From: the human T2T-CHM13v2.0 reference genome, Homo sapiens
Direction: 5' to 3' (one strand)
Assembly: GCF_009914755.1 (NCBI RefSeq)
Contig: NC_060925.1
Length of the DNA stretch: 64,000 nt
This document shows, in pieces, positions 42,609 to 55,456 of the stretch. The notes beneath the pieces were generated by a model, which saw nothing but the letters and a program-made list of their open reading frames with translations, was not told the DNA's origin and ran no database searches. Both the position numbers and the translations under genes were made by a program. The stretch's first letter is position 1, and the number at the start of each line of letters is the position of its first letter.

Positions 42609-44179
42609 GTTTCAGTTTTTCACCAAGTTGTTTCTTATCCGCTACCCTGTAAGCCCAAGAATTTAGTCATTGGTTTCTTTAACGGTTGGAGAAGGCAGGG
42701 TGTCAGCACCCATCTGCCCCAAGTAGTGGGGACAATTGACCTTAGTCTTATGTGAAGTGCGAATAAGATGCAGCTTAGCCCCCTCACTCCATAGACAATG
42801 CACTGGACTGTCTCTGCTACAGCCCAGGACTTCGTCTTGGCATCCCTGACCATTTCAACCCCCATTTTAGTGTTCTTTCCTCCTCACTGCCAGATAGCCA
42901 TTTTAGGCAGCTTGTGGGTGTTTTTTAGAAGCGATGTGTGTGTGAGATGAAGGAGGCTTCCCTTTGTTTTGGCTTTAAACCCGTCTGTGTAAGTGAGAGT
43001 GAGTGGAAAGCTATGGCTCCTCTCTCCAACACTCCCAAGGCAGGCAGCCCTGACCTCCTCAATTGCAGATGAGAAGTGGGCCTTTGGAAATTATCCAGAC
43101 CAGTGAATCTCACCATTTTTCTCCCCTGCCACATCATACATGATGGATGAAGTCCACATGCTTAACAGGATTCCATGCATGCACTTATTTTGATGAAACA
43201 GCCAAAAACATTCTGTGAGGAAATAATTGTCCTCAGGAAAGGGAATAATGGTTGCCTCGGCATGGGGTGGAGGCCCCTGAGTGTACTCTGCCATGAGACC
43301 CCTTCCTTCCCACTCAGGATGTATTTCGAATGCAGGTAAGTTAGTGTGAAATTATCTTGTAGTAACCTACAGTCAACTTAAATTCATTTTGCAACGTGAA
43401 ATCACCCACAGATCTTCCTGATGATGGATAAATCACGGCGTTCCCAGTAGCTCCTCTTCACTTCCCCGCTGACACCTGCTGCCAGCCCTGCAATTCTTTG
43501 GAGCCCCCTAAGTTGACCATTCTGTCCTCAGCCTTCACATCACAACTTACCGCTGTAAAAGAGATGGAGGAGGGGCTCCCAGTAATCTCTAGATTTGTGC
43601 GGCATTGATTTGTAGGAATAGGAGGTTTTTGGTTTTGCACTCCACCCCTTCCCTTTAGAGTGTTGATTTTTGGCGCCCTCTTCAATATTTCTATCAGAAG
43701 AATCGAGAGGTGTGGACAACAGTTTCCGACACATTTCCCCCAGCATGTTCTAGAGAGCGTGAGGGAGAAAGGCAGAGACACACCCCTCAGCACAGGCTCT
43801 CACATCCCCTACAAAGCCCTCCACCAGATCTCAACACATCCGAAGGACAGGAGCTCTCCCTGGAACCACCCCCACATGGTCATTCTCTCAGGACATGGGA
43901 GGGGAGAGAGCTCTCCCTGGGGGAGGAGGATCAGAATCTTCTTCTAGCAGGAAGGTGGGGGCAGAGCGTTATGTGTAATAGAGACAGCACAGTCTGCTCC
44001 CTCCTGCCCCATAATTATCAGAGTCCTGCTCTAGGGACTAGCAGGGGTCAGCTCCAGAGTGACATTTTTTCCCCCTGTGCTCCCGTCTGGAAAACCGTAA
44101 AGTTCAGGATTATGCGGAGAATGTCAGCCAGGATAGTGCCCGGTGTAGAGTGGTTCCTTATAGAAGTTGAAGACTGCTA

Positions 44180-44593
<414 letters not shown>

Positions 44594-44623
44594 TCATCAA
44601 TGTGAATAGGACTAGTATATGTC

Positions 44624-44654
44624 CATCACCACCACCACCACCACCATCATCATC
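44624..44654. repeat. (CAC)n(CAT)n trinucleotide repeat
   Basis: Direct reading. Confidence 0.85.
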
Positions 44655-46120
44655 CTCCCCATTTTTCCTGGGAAGATCATCCCTGTGATCCTACAAGCCT
44701 GTCAGTGAAGATTCCCAGCAGTGGGGTTGGCCCAGAGCAGAACTTAACTTGAATTTGATGGATTTAAGCCAATGTCCCTCAAGTCCCATGCAGAAAGCAT
44801 ACCTTCATTTATTCTTTTGTGTTTTGCTTTGTTGTCCTCATCTTCCCAGAATTGAAATATCATGGGACCCTCTTCTCAGGGAAAGAAAGGGGGAAATTTG
44901 ACTGCTGGAAAGAGTGAGAGGTGAGATCCCCTTCAGACTTTCCACTCCTGAACACTGCGTGGGCCTGATGAGACAGGCGCGTTTTGTTTGGATGCTAAAT
45001 TAAATGGAGAGGAGACCTTATGATGTGAGTTTGGCAGAGGAATAAATCAAATAAAACAGTAAGGAAAGCAGTTAGCCAAACAAAATGGGCTTACAACCCT
45101 GGATATTAATGAGGCTTTTACTTTAAACGGGTATGTTTAATCAAGCAACGTGAATCCATATTGGGAGCGGGAGGAATTATGGTGATTGTTTTGGAATCCT
45201 GCCCAAAAGAGGTTTGACTGTGTTATCTTGTGCTAACAGGAGCACCCAGGGAGCAAGAGAAGCCCTGCGACAGCAGCAAGGGACACTGTGGGGCTGCAGG
45301 GTAAGTAACCCTCGTGCTCCCTCACTCTTCAAATGAGAGCCGGGGTCCTAGAATTGGATCCCAGACACCAGCATCCTGAGATCCATGAGATAAGGTGAGG
45401 TGGGGCTGGAAAGGCCTCAAGGGAGGAGAGGAGGCAGGAGAGGAGTGATAGGGATGCAGGCTCCAGGAGGAGGGAGATGCTTCAGCATCGTCCAGCACAT
45501 AGCTGTCTATCCCCTTCTCGAAACGAGATGCTGATGGCAGGGTGAGAGGATTGCTGAGAGAGAGGAAAAAGGAGAGCACAAGGCTGTAAAAGCCATAATG
45601 CCTGGCCCTCCCCAGACCTATTCTCAGAGGACAACACTTAGGATTCTCAGTGACAACCCTTAGGATGCAGGGTGGGTCTTTTTACTTGTCACATGAGTGA
45701 TGTAGACAGTAAGTGCTTACTGGCAGTGCTGTTTCAGGGGGGAAAATGCCTGAACAACTTCCTGGAATTTCCTTCTCAGAATAAGTATGCCAGATTGGCA
45801 TTTTAGAATCTTGTCTTTGACAGTATGACACAAACAGATAAAACACAATGATGGAATCAAATAATAAAATATGCTATGAATATGCATTTTCCCTCACTCA
45901 TGTAGTAATCGAAATGGTATTTTCTCGGGTGCTTTTTAAGAACTCTGCTAAATTGCATTCCATTTTTCCTGGGTGTGGCACCTGATGGTGAGCACTGGGA
46001 GGAACACGGGGAGAGTGGGCAGAGGTGGGAGCGGAGTCTAGCATCTATAGTTCTGACACCTGTCACTCACTTGCTGTGGGGGTGAGAGGGTTGGGAGAGT
46101 GGGTTTTACCACCAGAGAAG

Positions 46121-46430
46121 CTTTTTTTTAAAGTGTATCAGCCATTGACTTTTAGTATATTCACAGAGTTGAACAATTATCACCAAAACCAATTTTAGAA
46201 CATTTTCATCATCTTCCAGAGAAACCCAATGTTCTAGAGCAACAGTTCCCCATTTTCCCTCAACACTGCCTTCTCCACCCTAGCCTAGCCCTAGGCAACC
46301 ACTGATTGACTTTTTTTGTCTCTATAGACTTCTGGACATTTTGTATAAATGGAATCATAAAATAAGTGCCCTTTTGTGTGACTGGCTTCTTTTACTTAGC
46401 ATAACGTTTCCAAGCTTCCTATAATATATT
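46121..46430 (-). mobile_element. L1MB-like 3' fragment
   Basis: tttagtatattcacagagttg...ccctaggcaaccact...aaatggaatcata. Confidence 0.8.
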
Positions 46431-46657
46431 TTTGCTTAGATGCATTCAGGAGGGATGGTCAGGGCAGACCTGAGAGACCTGAACACAGAGGGCCTTTGAG
46501 GGAAGCCGAGCTGAGCCTGGCAGTTGAACACAGAGCCTCAGAGAGACCCAATACTGATGGAATTGAGAGAGGGTGACATGGGAGTGGGTGTAAGGAAAGC
46601 CTCTGTAGAAGCAGGTACTGCAACAGGTGCTCTCAAAAGGACCTTCAGCCTGAGAAG

Positions 46658-47167
46658 TGTAAGAGTTTTAAAGAAAGAGGAAAGAAACACAAAATGTGGC
46701 TTGACAGTTAAAGACAGATTTATGTTAGAGAAAAATAAACCTGAGAGGGGCTTCTGGCCGATTTCGGTCAGGAGCACTCTCTCTTATAGACTAAAAGTAT
46801 ATATTGGTTTTAGAGTGAGAGGGCTTATCACAAGCTTGGAATATTTCTGTGTGAGGGAGAAGTTTTCTGGCAGGGCTAGAATGTCACCAGAAGGAGGGGA
46901 GGTTACCTTGGGGATGACATCTTTCTGGCTGGAGGGGGGTTATCTCAGGGATGGCATCTTCCCAGCCAGAGCAGGATGACCTCGGGACTAGCATGTCTCT
47001 GGGTGGGGAGGAATTTGAAATGTTTCTGGTTGGAGATGTTATTTATGGTTTAAGGTCGTGCTGACCTTAGCCATTAGGCTGATGTCCTTTGGATTTTGGT
47101 GGTTTTTGATTAAGGTGAACTTTAGAATGAGAGGCTTGTCCAAGATGGCGATCCTCCTGCTCTATCA
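46658..47167 (-). mobile_element. ERV1 solo LTR (MER61A-like)
   Basis: Minus-strand start TGATAGAGCAGGAGGATCGCCATCTTGGACAAG, end CTCTTACA; perfect TSD AGAAG. Confidence 0.85.
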
Positions 47168-47539
47168 AGAAGCAGCCCGGGAGGCAGGTGGGAGCCGTGT
47201 GGCTCCAGCTCAGGTGGTCTTTAAGAACAATCCGCTAGGGATTTTCATCTGCCAAATCACAGGGGCGGGGCTTGGTGGAATCTTAGATTTAAAAAGTCAA
47301 AATAGACTTTAAAAGATCATCCATTCCAACTACTTCATTTTACAGATGGGGAAACTGAGGCCCAGAATGACGAGAGTTCCTGTCTATGTTTGGAAGGACT
47401 AAAATAATGCGTTTAGTTCCCAATGAAACAGGGCAAAAATTGTTAACATCTGTGTGTTCTCCTTCCCCCCTCCCTAAGACAGAGAAGGTGGCAGCTCAGC
47501 CCTCACTGTGTCCTGGCCCATGACCCCCTAATTCACCAA

Positions 47540-48531
47540 AGGGGCTTGCAGTGGTTTATTAAAATGGCTGCATGTCCTCTGGCACTCTCTTCATGGAGAA
47601 GCGGGGTCTATGTGCCTTCTCTTGGAGTTGGATGGGCCTGTGCTGGTTTTCATCCATGGTCAGAACATGCTGTGGAAGCCCAGGCTCCCCAGGAAGTCCC
47701 TGTCTTGGTGGCCCTGTCAACAGCCTCCACTGAGCTGAGCTTTTCAGTCTACCCAGCCTGGGTGCCAGATGTGGGGAAGTTTCCAGCAGGGAAGCCTTCA
47801 GCCCCAGCCAATGAATTCTTCCCAGCTGAGGCCCAGACATCGGGGAGCAGAGACAAGCCATCCTCATGCCCTGTGTCAACCTGAAATAAGTGAAAGGATT
47901 GGAATCAGCTTTAAAGAGTTTATTCAAGTAAAAAGCTGGGAATGACCATTCAGAAAACAAGGATTCCACAGAAACGGAGTTAGTGCTCTGAAGTGAAAAG
48001 TTAAGGTCTGGCTTATATAGGAGGAAAATAAAGAAATTTAACAGGATTAAAACATTTTCTATACAAGCCTGGTTTATGGGTTCTAACAATTTGATAGTTT
48101 GTTTTCTTTTCTGTATGGCTTGCTTTCATTTGCTTTCCAATTTAAAAGAGTATATTTAACATAGTCACAAAGTCTTCGTGTGGAAAATGTAAGAGGGATG
48201 TTAATCTATAATAAAGACCAACACTAAGAGGGAAGGAGTCTTCCCTGGCACCCTTTAATCATTTGCAACATTTCACAAAACAGTGTAGGTAAGGAAGAAG
48301 GCTAATCTATAATCAGAGAGACCAAGTTTACAGCTGCCTGTCACGTGACTCAGGTTTCATAAGCACATTCCTTTGAGGCTGAAAGCAATTTAAAGTTCCA
48401 ACAGCTGAGATTTTTAATTATTTATTTCACACCTGTTTACATTCCAAACTCACAGCATCAGTGAGCATTAGGAACAGGTGTTTGGCAACACTGTATTTTG
48501 GGGTGATGTGCTACACAGCAATAATAACTGG
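47540..48531 (+). mobile_element. Old MaLR LTR (MLT1-type) split by an ERV1 LTR
   Basis: cccagctgaggcccagacatc... and terminal tgctacacagcaataataactgg. Confidence 0.65.
47882..48431 (-). mobile_element. ERV1 MER4-group solo LTR (MER87-like, tentative)
   Basis: TG...CA termini, TTTATT near left end (poly(A) signal on minus strand). Confidence 0.65.
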
Positions 48532-48689
48532 GATAGGCCTCAAGGTGCAGCTACTTGGGCAATAAAAGTATAAATTGGCTCAAAGTTTTTGGAGGTAGAG
48601 GGAATTTTGGTGGTACTTTGAAGAATCACAGGTAAATTCTACATACAAAGGTGTTAATGAACAAGAGAAGAAAGGAGTTACTTTGAGCC

Positions 48690-48880
48690 CTTGCCCTAAG
48701 TAAGAACTTTGCAGATATTATATAATTTGGTTATTCTCACGGCCTCATAATATAGGATGATTCTACAGAAGAGGAAACTGACTCTCAGGAAGATTAAGTC
48801 CCAGCCTCCCAAGTTTGCACAGTAACAGCTGGCTGAGCCCAGACGCAAACCTGGGCCTGACAATGGCAAGGCTCTCATTG
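48690..48880 (-). mobile_element. MIR
   Basis: acagaagaggaaactgactctcagg reverse core. Confidence 0.7.
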
Positions 48881-48998
48881 TCTGCCCTGCGAAGCTGCCT
48901 GCCTGTTTGATTGACTCTGTTTTCGTTTTCCCTTGTATTTATGTTTGAGGAACTGGAAACAACCTAAATGCCTAAGAATATGTGATGGTATACCACTT

Positions 48999-49203
48999 TG
49001 TTTTTAAATTTTAACTTTTATTTTAGATACAGGAGGTACATGTGCAGATTTGTTACATGGGAATATTGCATGATGCTGAGGTTTGGAGTATAGATCCCAT
49101 CACCCCAGTAGTAAGCAAAGTACCTGATAGGTATTGTTTTTAACCCATCCCCCCTCCCTCCATTCTCTAGTAGTCCACGGTATCTATTTTTCCCATATTG
49201 TCC
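48999..49203 (-). mobile_element. Short 5'-truncated L1PA/PB 3' end
   Basis: ggtacatgtgcagatttgttacatggg; perfect 14-bp TSD atggtataccactt (48985-48998, 49204-49217). Confidence 0.9.
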
Positions 49204-49400
49204 ATGGTATACCACTTGCATGATACAAGGCAGCTGTGCTGTGAAAGATAAATATGAAGACCTTGAGACAAAAAAAAAAATGGAATACGGAAGAGTGTTG
49301 ATGAAAAAAGCAGAACACAGAATTCTACATAGGCCTCTGTGTGTAAAGAAAGAGAAACACATAAACCATTGCTTTTGTGTGAAGAGTAGCTCTTGGTTGG

Positions 49401-49781
49401 TGTTTTGGGCTCAACTGTGTTCCCCAAAAATACACATACTGAGGCCCTGACCCCCAGCTCCTCAGAGTATTTGGAGATAGGGTCTTTAAAGAGAAAATTA
49501 AGTGAAAAATGACGTCAGCAGAGTGGGCCCTAATCCAATATTACTGGTGTCCTTACAAGAAGAAGAGATTAGGACACAGACACACACAGAGGGAAGCCCA
49601 TGTGAAGACACAGGGAGAAGACGGTCATCTGCAAGCCCAGGAGAGAGGCCTCAGAGGAAACCAACTCTGCCAACACCTTGATCTTGGACTTCCAGCCTCC
49701 AGGACTGTGAGAAAATAAATGTCTGTCATTTAAGCCACCAGTCCTTGGTACTTGGTTATGGCAGCCCTAGCAATATAATAC
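49401..49781 (+). mobile_element. MaLR solo LTR (MLT1B-like)
   Basis: atttggagatagggtc, cttccagcctccaggactgtgagaaaataaa, gcagccctagcaa. Confidence 0.85.
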
Positions 49782-49798
49782 AGTTAGATTATCTAATT

Positions 49799-49882
49799 AG
49801 CCGGGGTGCAGTGGCTCACATCTATAATCCCAGCATGTTGGGAGGCCAAGGTGGGAGGATCACTTGAGGCCAAGAGTTCAAG
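49799..49882 (+). mobile_element. Alu left-arm fragment
   Basis: gccggggtgcagtggctcac...gagttcaaga then abrupt end. Confidence 0.8.
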
Positions 49883-50862
49883 AATTGTATCATAGAATTG
49901 TTTTAATCATTTAGATTTAAATTGAGCCAGGAATTGTTAATGCCCTCAACCTCAGTGATGACCATTTTTCATAACCTTACTGCAAAGAGTGGTCAATGGC
50001 CTCTAAGGCATTAGAATAATATTATTGTTTATGAACTCACTTGGGCAGCCTAGAAGCCACAGGGGGTTAAATCCAGCAGTCTTTGAAAAATAATACAAGA
50101 AAGGCTACTTGCTATCACAAGTACTTTATTATTTCGTCTTCTGAAAATCTGCAGAGCATATGTGTGAAATTTTCTCTCTATTTAGGGTGTTGTTTCTTCC
50201 AAAGGCTCAGCTGCTCTCCTTTAGCTGGTGGGGAGGCAGGGAGGAGGAGGGAATCCACCCAGCCCTAACTGTGCTGTGATTTATTTCTCTTCTAATCACC
50301 TTCCCCCATGGCCTCAGGCTGCGTGTGTTGCATGAAATCAGCCTTATAAGAGGTCCCAATTTTAGGTTCCCTTCACCCAGGGGGGATGTAAATATTTGAT
50401 TAATTTTACTGTCCCATTCCATCTGGGCTTAATTCCTCTAAGCACCCAGTTTCCTGTGTGGCCATAGGCACAGAGGGGACTGGAGTTGCCCTATGGTGTG
50501 GAGAGCACAAATATTACCGCATAAATGCCTTAAGGCCCATCTACCTATTGAAATGGTCTCACCTGGTAAGTTGACATAAGACAAAACACAAAATCTTCAC
50601 AAAAAATAAACTTAGAGGAATTCTGGGAAGGGAAAGACTATTAGGCATCTAGGAAGTCACTGTAGCCCTGACCTTTCGCTTTGATCCCTGTTCTGGAGGG
50701 TCAATTCCTTTCAGGGCGTAAAAAGCATGGTTTTCCTTCCCAGGGGTCACTGTAGATGTCTGCCACCCCTACTCACTATCACCCAGGGGGAGGAGGGCTG
50801 TGATGTCATTTTGTGTCCTCAGCATGCTGCTGGCAACACAGCATTCATTGAATGAGTGAATG

Positions 50863-51722
50863 TGTTTTTGAACTGAACTGGGGTCCACTTGCCCAGCACA
50901 GCGAAGCCAAACACTGACAATGAGATTGGAGCAAGAGAAGGGGAGGTAATTTATTGCAGGGCGCCAAGCAAGGAGAATCAGGCAGCTCGCACTTAAAACC
51001 CAAACTCCCAGATGGCTTAGAGGTAAGGGCTTTTAACGGGATGAGGCAGAGGTTATAGGCAAAGTCATAAATCTATACATGGAGACTATACATCAGTCTG
51101 CCTAGAAAAGCAGGACATCTCGAAGTGGGGGCCCACAGGTCAAAAGGTGGATTGAAAGGTGTTTTGATTTGCGATTGGTTAAGGAGGCAAAGCTTTGTCT
51201 AAAAATTTGGGATTAGCCTGGGTGAAGTGGCTCACACCTGTAATCCCAGCACATTGGGAGGCCAAAGTAGGAGGATCACTTAAGGCCAGGAGTTCAATAC
51301 CAGCCTGGGCAATATAGTGAGATACCGTTTCTATAAAAATATTTTTAAAAAATTAGCCAGGCATGGTGGTACATGCCTGCAGTCCTAAATGCTTGGGAGG
51401 CTGAAGCAGGAAGATTGCTTGACCCAGGAGTTTGAGGCTGCAGTGAGCTGTGATTGCATTACTGCACTCCAGCCTGGGCAACAGAGCGAGACTCTGTCTT
51501 TTTTAAAAAAAAAACAAAACCTTTTTTTCTTTTAGATCAGCAGAAAAGAATGTTAGCTCTGGCTTGTGGGTGTGACCTCCTTCAGGGCCCTCAGGAAGAA
51601 ATTTAGAAAAAAGAAGAGCTGTCAGAGTTCAATCCTTTATTCCCTCTTATCTGAGGTCTGCATGCCAGCAGATCCATTGTTTGGGGTCTGAGTTTCTAAA
51701 AAGCAACTCAGGGACATATGGT
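50863..51722 (-). mobile_element. ERV1-class LTR fragment containing an AluJ
   Basis: tttattgcagggcgccaagcaaggagaatc LTR-like motif; sequence resumes after the Alu. Confidence 0.6.
51216..51520 (+). mobile_element. AluJ
   Basis: ggagtttgaggctgcagtgagctgtgatt J diagnostics. Confidence 0.9.
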
Positions 51723-52396
51723 CCCTAAGAGGGGTCCCTGCTCATCTCAAATGAATGAATGAATAAATGATTTACTCTACAAGCCCTTACCCAGAGAAAT
51801 AACAGATATACTCTAAGAATACCCTCATGGAATGGGACGAGAGGTATTTTCTCACCAGCTTGACTGCTAAGCTTAAGTTTGCCTTGTGTATTCACTGCAT
51901 GGTCTTCCCCAAAGATCTGCACTTCAGTGAGTGAACCCTTTGTAAACAACACCCCTGCTGCCTGAGCCCACATCCCCATCCTTCGACCCCCAATCAGTAT
52001 TTCTCTGTGCTCCACTTCTTTCCTACCCTTCACCCGCCTGGGTCATGCCTCCATCCTTTCAGAGCACCGCAAGATAGTGCAGGATCCACTGTGGTGTGGA
52101 AGTGGGTCTAGCACCAGAATTGACCAGAGTCAGAGAAGTAATGAAAAGAAAAAGGACAGAGAGGCAGAGCTAGAACTTTGCGATGAAGCCATAAATGAGC
52201 TTGTTTTCGTTTCAACATGTTAGTATGGCTACTTTAATTCATCTGATATCAAATGCTCAACTGAGAATGCTTTCTAACTTTAATTTTCTGAGCCCCAATT
52301 TCTTCATTAATAAACTAGGGATAAAGCATCAATCTTGAATTAGCTATGTAGTGATAATTAAATAAGAGAATGGACTCAGAAATATTTTGTAAGCTA

Positions 52397-52726
<330 letters not shown>

Positions 52727-53951
52727 CTACAACTCATTATGTAAGTACAAATAATAAGTGTTATTCTATAAAGACCTCACTACTCTTGATCTTGAGAAAA
52801 ACTTGGGGTGAATAAGAGAAAAACCACCTTCATATTATGAATTAACTGGTTATTTAAAATGAATTGAACTCTTTTCTCCTCCTTCTCTTCCTCATTCTTT
52901 TTTCCCCACGATTCATCCAGAAAACTAAACTTTATAATCGTATTATCTACATTGCTTTGTATTACAGCCCAGTTGTTTTCCAGCTGTTTCACATGGATGA
53001 AATAAGACAGTACATATGAGAAGCCTCCAAACTGTAAAAGGCTGTACACATTAAGGCAGAATTTTAGTGGCCCTGTGCATTGACTCCCAGGAATTAGGAA
53101 AAAGCCATTTTAAGGGCAGTGTGGCATCACCCAGGTGTGAGAGGTTGACTTAGGACTCAAGGTCAGTGTCGATCTTTTTGGCCATGGAAATGGAGAGCAA
53201 GCCCTGAAATTGTTGGGGGCAGAGTAATCCAGCGCCTGTGCTTGGTGCTCTGAGTTTATGGGAGGGGTATTTATTCACCAGTGGCCTAACAGATTGAGTC
53301 TATAGTCCTGCTGACAACTTGAAGGTCTTCAGATGGCTGGGGACTGACCTCACCTGTGGGGCCTTTCCACTTTACCACTCTGGGTGCCAGACACTGTCTG
53401 CCAGGCCATGGAGCAGATGGTAAGGGCTGCGAGGAAACAGGATGTGGGCCTGTTACAGGGGTGAGCGTGGAGATTTTGCAGCTCACGTAGGAAGTCCAGA
53501 CCTGCAAATCCAAGAGGCCAAGTGGGGAAGTAAGGAGGGTGGAGTAGTCACTTCATTCCTTCAAGACCCGAGAGGCAAAATTCTACCCAAGAATCAAAAA
53601 GGAGCTTTGACCTTTCTGCACAAGCAGAAATGATGGAATTCAATTCCAGGAAGAGATGAGTATGTGGGTGGATGGCCACTGCCACTCAGGATGGTAGTTG
53701 CAAAGTTGTAGCCAATCTGAGTTCACTGCTTCAGCAGCCCCTGCAGACGTGATGAGAAGTGTAGTGGTCAGAGACAGAAGAGATGTGGGGATGAAGCGAA
53801 CCTTTGGTATTCATCTGTCATAGGCTGATCTGGGAACAGAAAGGAAGTAGCATGCAAAGGCAGTCCATGGTGCCATGATAGGTGGCACAAAGGGCTTAGG
53901 GCCACAGTTGGGGATAATGTTCAGGGAATTAATGCACCATGGGTTTTTTAA

Positions 53952-54442
53952 TGTAGGTTTTATTATTATTATTTAGATATAGTAAGGCCAACAGATCAGG
54001 AAATATCTACTATTGAAAAGAGTTTGTCTGTCATAGATCCAAGAAGAGAGAGCATTCTGTGCTGTACAGGACCACGGGGGGAAGCACTGGGCTTGATCAG
54101 GAGGCAGAGGGATGTGAGAGCCTGTGGGCAGGAGCTTTATTGTGGTTTCTATAGGAAGGAACTGGCAGGGCAGGGCAAACAAGCTTAGGCTTGGCTGGTT
54201 TGAATAATTTCAGTGTGCTCTGGGGCATGGAGAGGCAGGTGGATAGTGGCCAGACCATGACAGCTCATAGGGGAGATGGTGGCAGTGGGGGCTCTGGATG
54301 GGTTGGTTTGCATATAGAAGGCACTGCTCCTTTACTCTCTGTAGGAATTGGTTAACCTGGGAGGAGCAGTCTCTCCAGGGTCCACAAGGTCCTAAGATGT
54401 CAAAGAATCGGAATAAAGAAAATAAAAGACATGGTTTCTACA
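53952..54442 (-). mobile_element. ERVL solo LTR (MER74-like)
   Basis: Minus strand tgtagaaaccatgtcttttatttt...ctttgacatcttagg...atatgcaaaccaac matches recalled MER74. Confidence 0.7.
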
Positions 54443-54975
54443 ATGAGACTGCAGAATTCTGTTTAGGGGCGGTAAGGGGAAATCCTGGAGAAAGTTGGCA
54501 GAGAGGAAACGACAGAAGGAGTGTGTCCAGAGTGAAGTCATGGCTCAGCCACACACTGTGTCAACCTCCCTTGCCACGAGGCCGGCCCCTCCCATGAGGC
54601 CTGTGCGCCCTCTCTGCCAGCCACGTTCAGCACAGCCAGCTGTGATTTATCCAGAATTGCTGTTTAGATGCAGAGTGGGTGGAGGCAGGACATTTTCATG
54701 CAGCCATTTGATTAAATGACCACTACAGAATACAAACACATTTTTTTGTTGTTGTTAGTAAGATTTCAAACTCATGCGAAGGCATATGTTGTGTGGGTTT
54801 TGTCATTTTGTGTATAAGTGAATCATCAGTGGCTTCAATAGTTTCTTAATTTTTTAAAACTAGAATCAGAATATAATTTATGGAATTTTATAGTTAGAAG
54901 TACCCTAAACCTTACATCATCCAAGCCTGTCTTTTTACATATGAAGAAGCTAAGGCTCAGAGAGATGTATAGCGC

Positions 54976-55163
54976 TGTTAACAGAAAAACCAAAATCTGT
55001 AAAATGTTTTATTCTGAGCCAATAAGAGTGACCACAGCCCAGTGAAAACACAATCTCAAGAAGCCTTGAGTAAGTGGTCCTGTGGTGGTCAGATTAAAGT
55101 TTGGTTTTGTACATTTTAGGGAGGCAGAAGTTACAGGCAGTCATAAATCTAAACATGGAGGTT
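54976..55163 (-). mobile_element. ERV1 MER4-group LTR 3' fragment, truncated at an Alu
   Basis: tgttaacaga...ttttattctgagccaa...tacattttagggaggcag. Confidence 0.6.
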
Positions 55164-55456
55164 GGCCAGGCACAGTGGCTCATGGCTGTAATCCCAGCAC
55201 TTTGGTAGGCTGAGGTGGGTGGATCACCTGTGGTCAGGAGTTCAAGACCAGCCTGGCCAACATGGTGAAATCCCATCTTTAATAAAAATACAAAAATTAG
55301 CTGGGCATGGTGGCAGGCACTTGTAATCTCAGCTACTCACTCGGAAGGCCGAGACATGAGAATTGCTTGAATTCCAGAGGCGGAGGTTGCAAATGACCCC
55401 AGATCACGCAATGGCACTCCAGCCTGGGTGACAGAGACTTCATTTAAAAAAAAAAA
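55164..55456 (+). mobile_element. AluS
   Basis: Alu dimer with poly(A). Confidence 0.92.
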
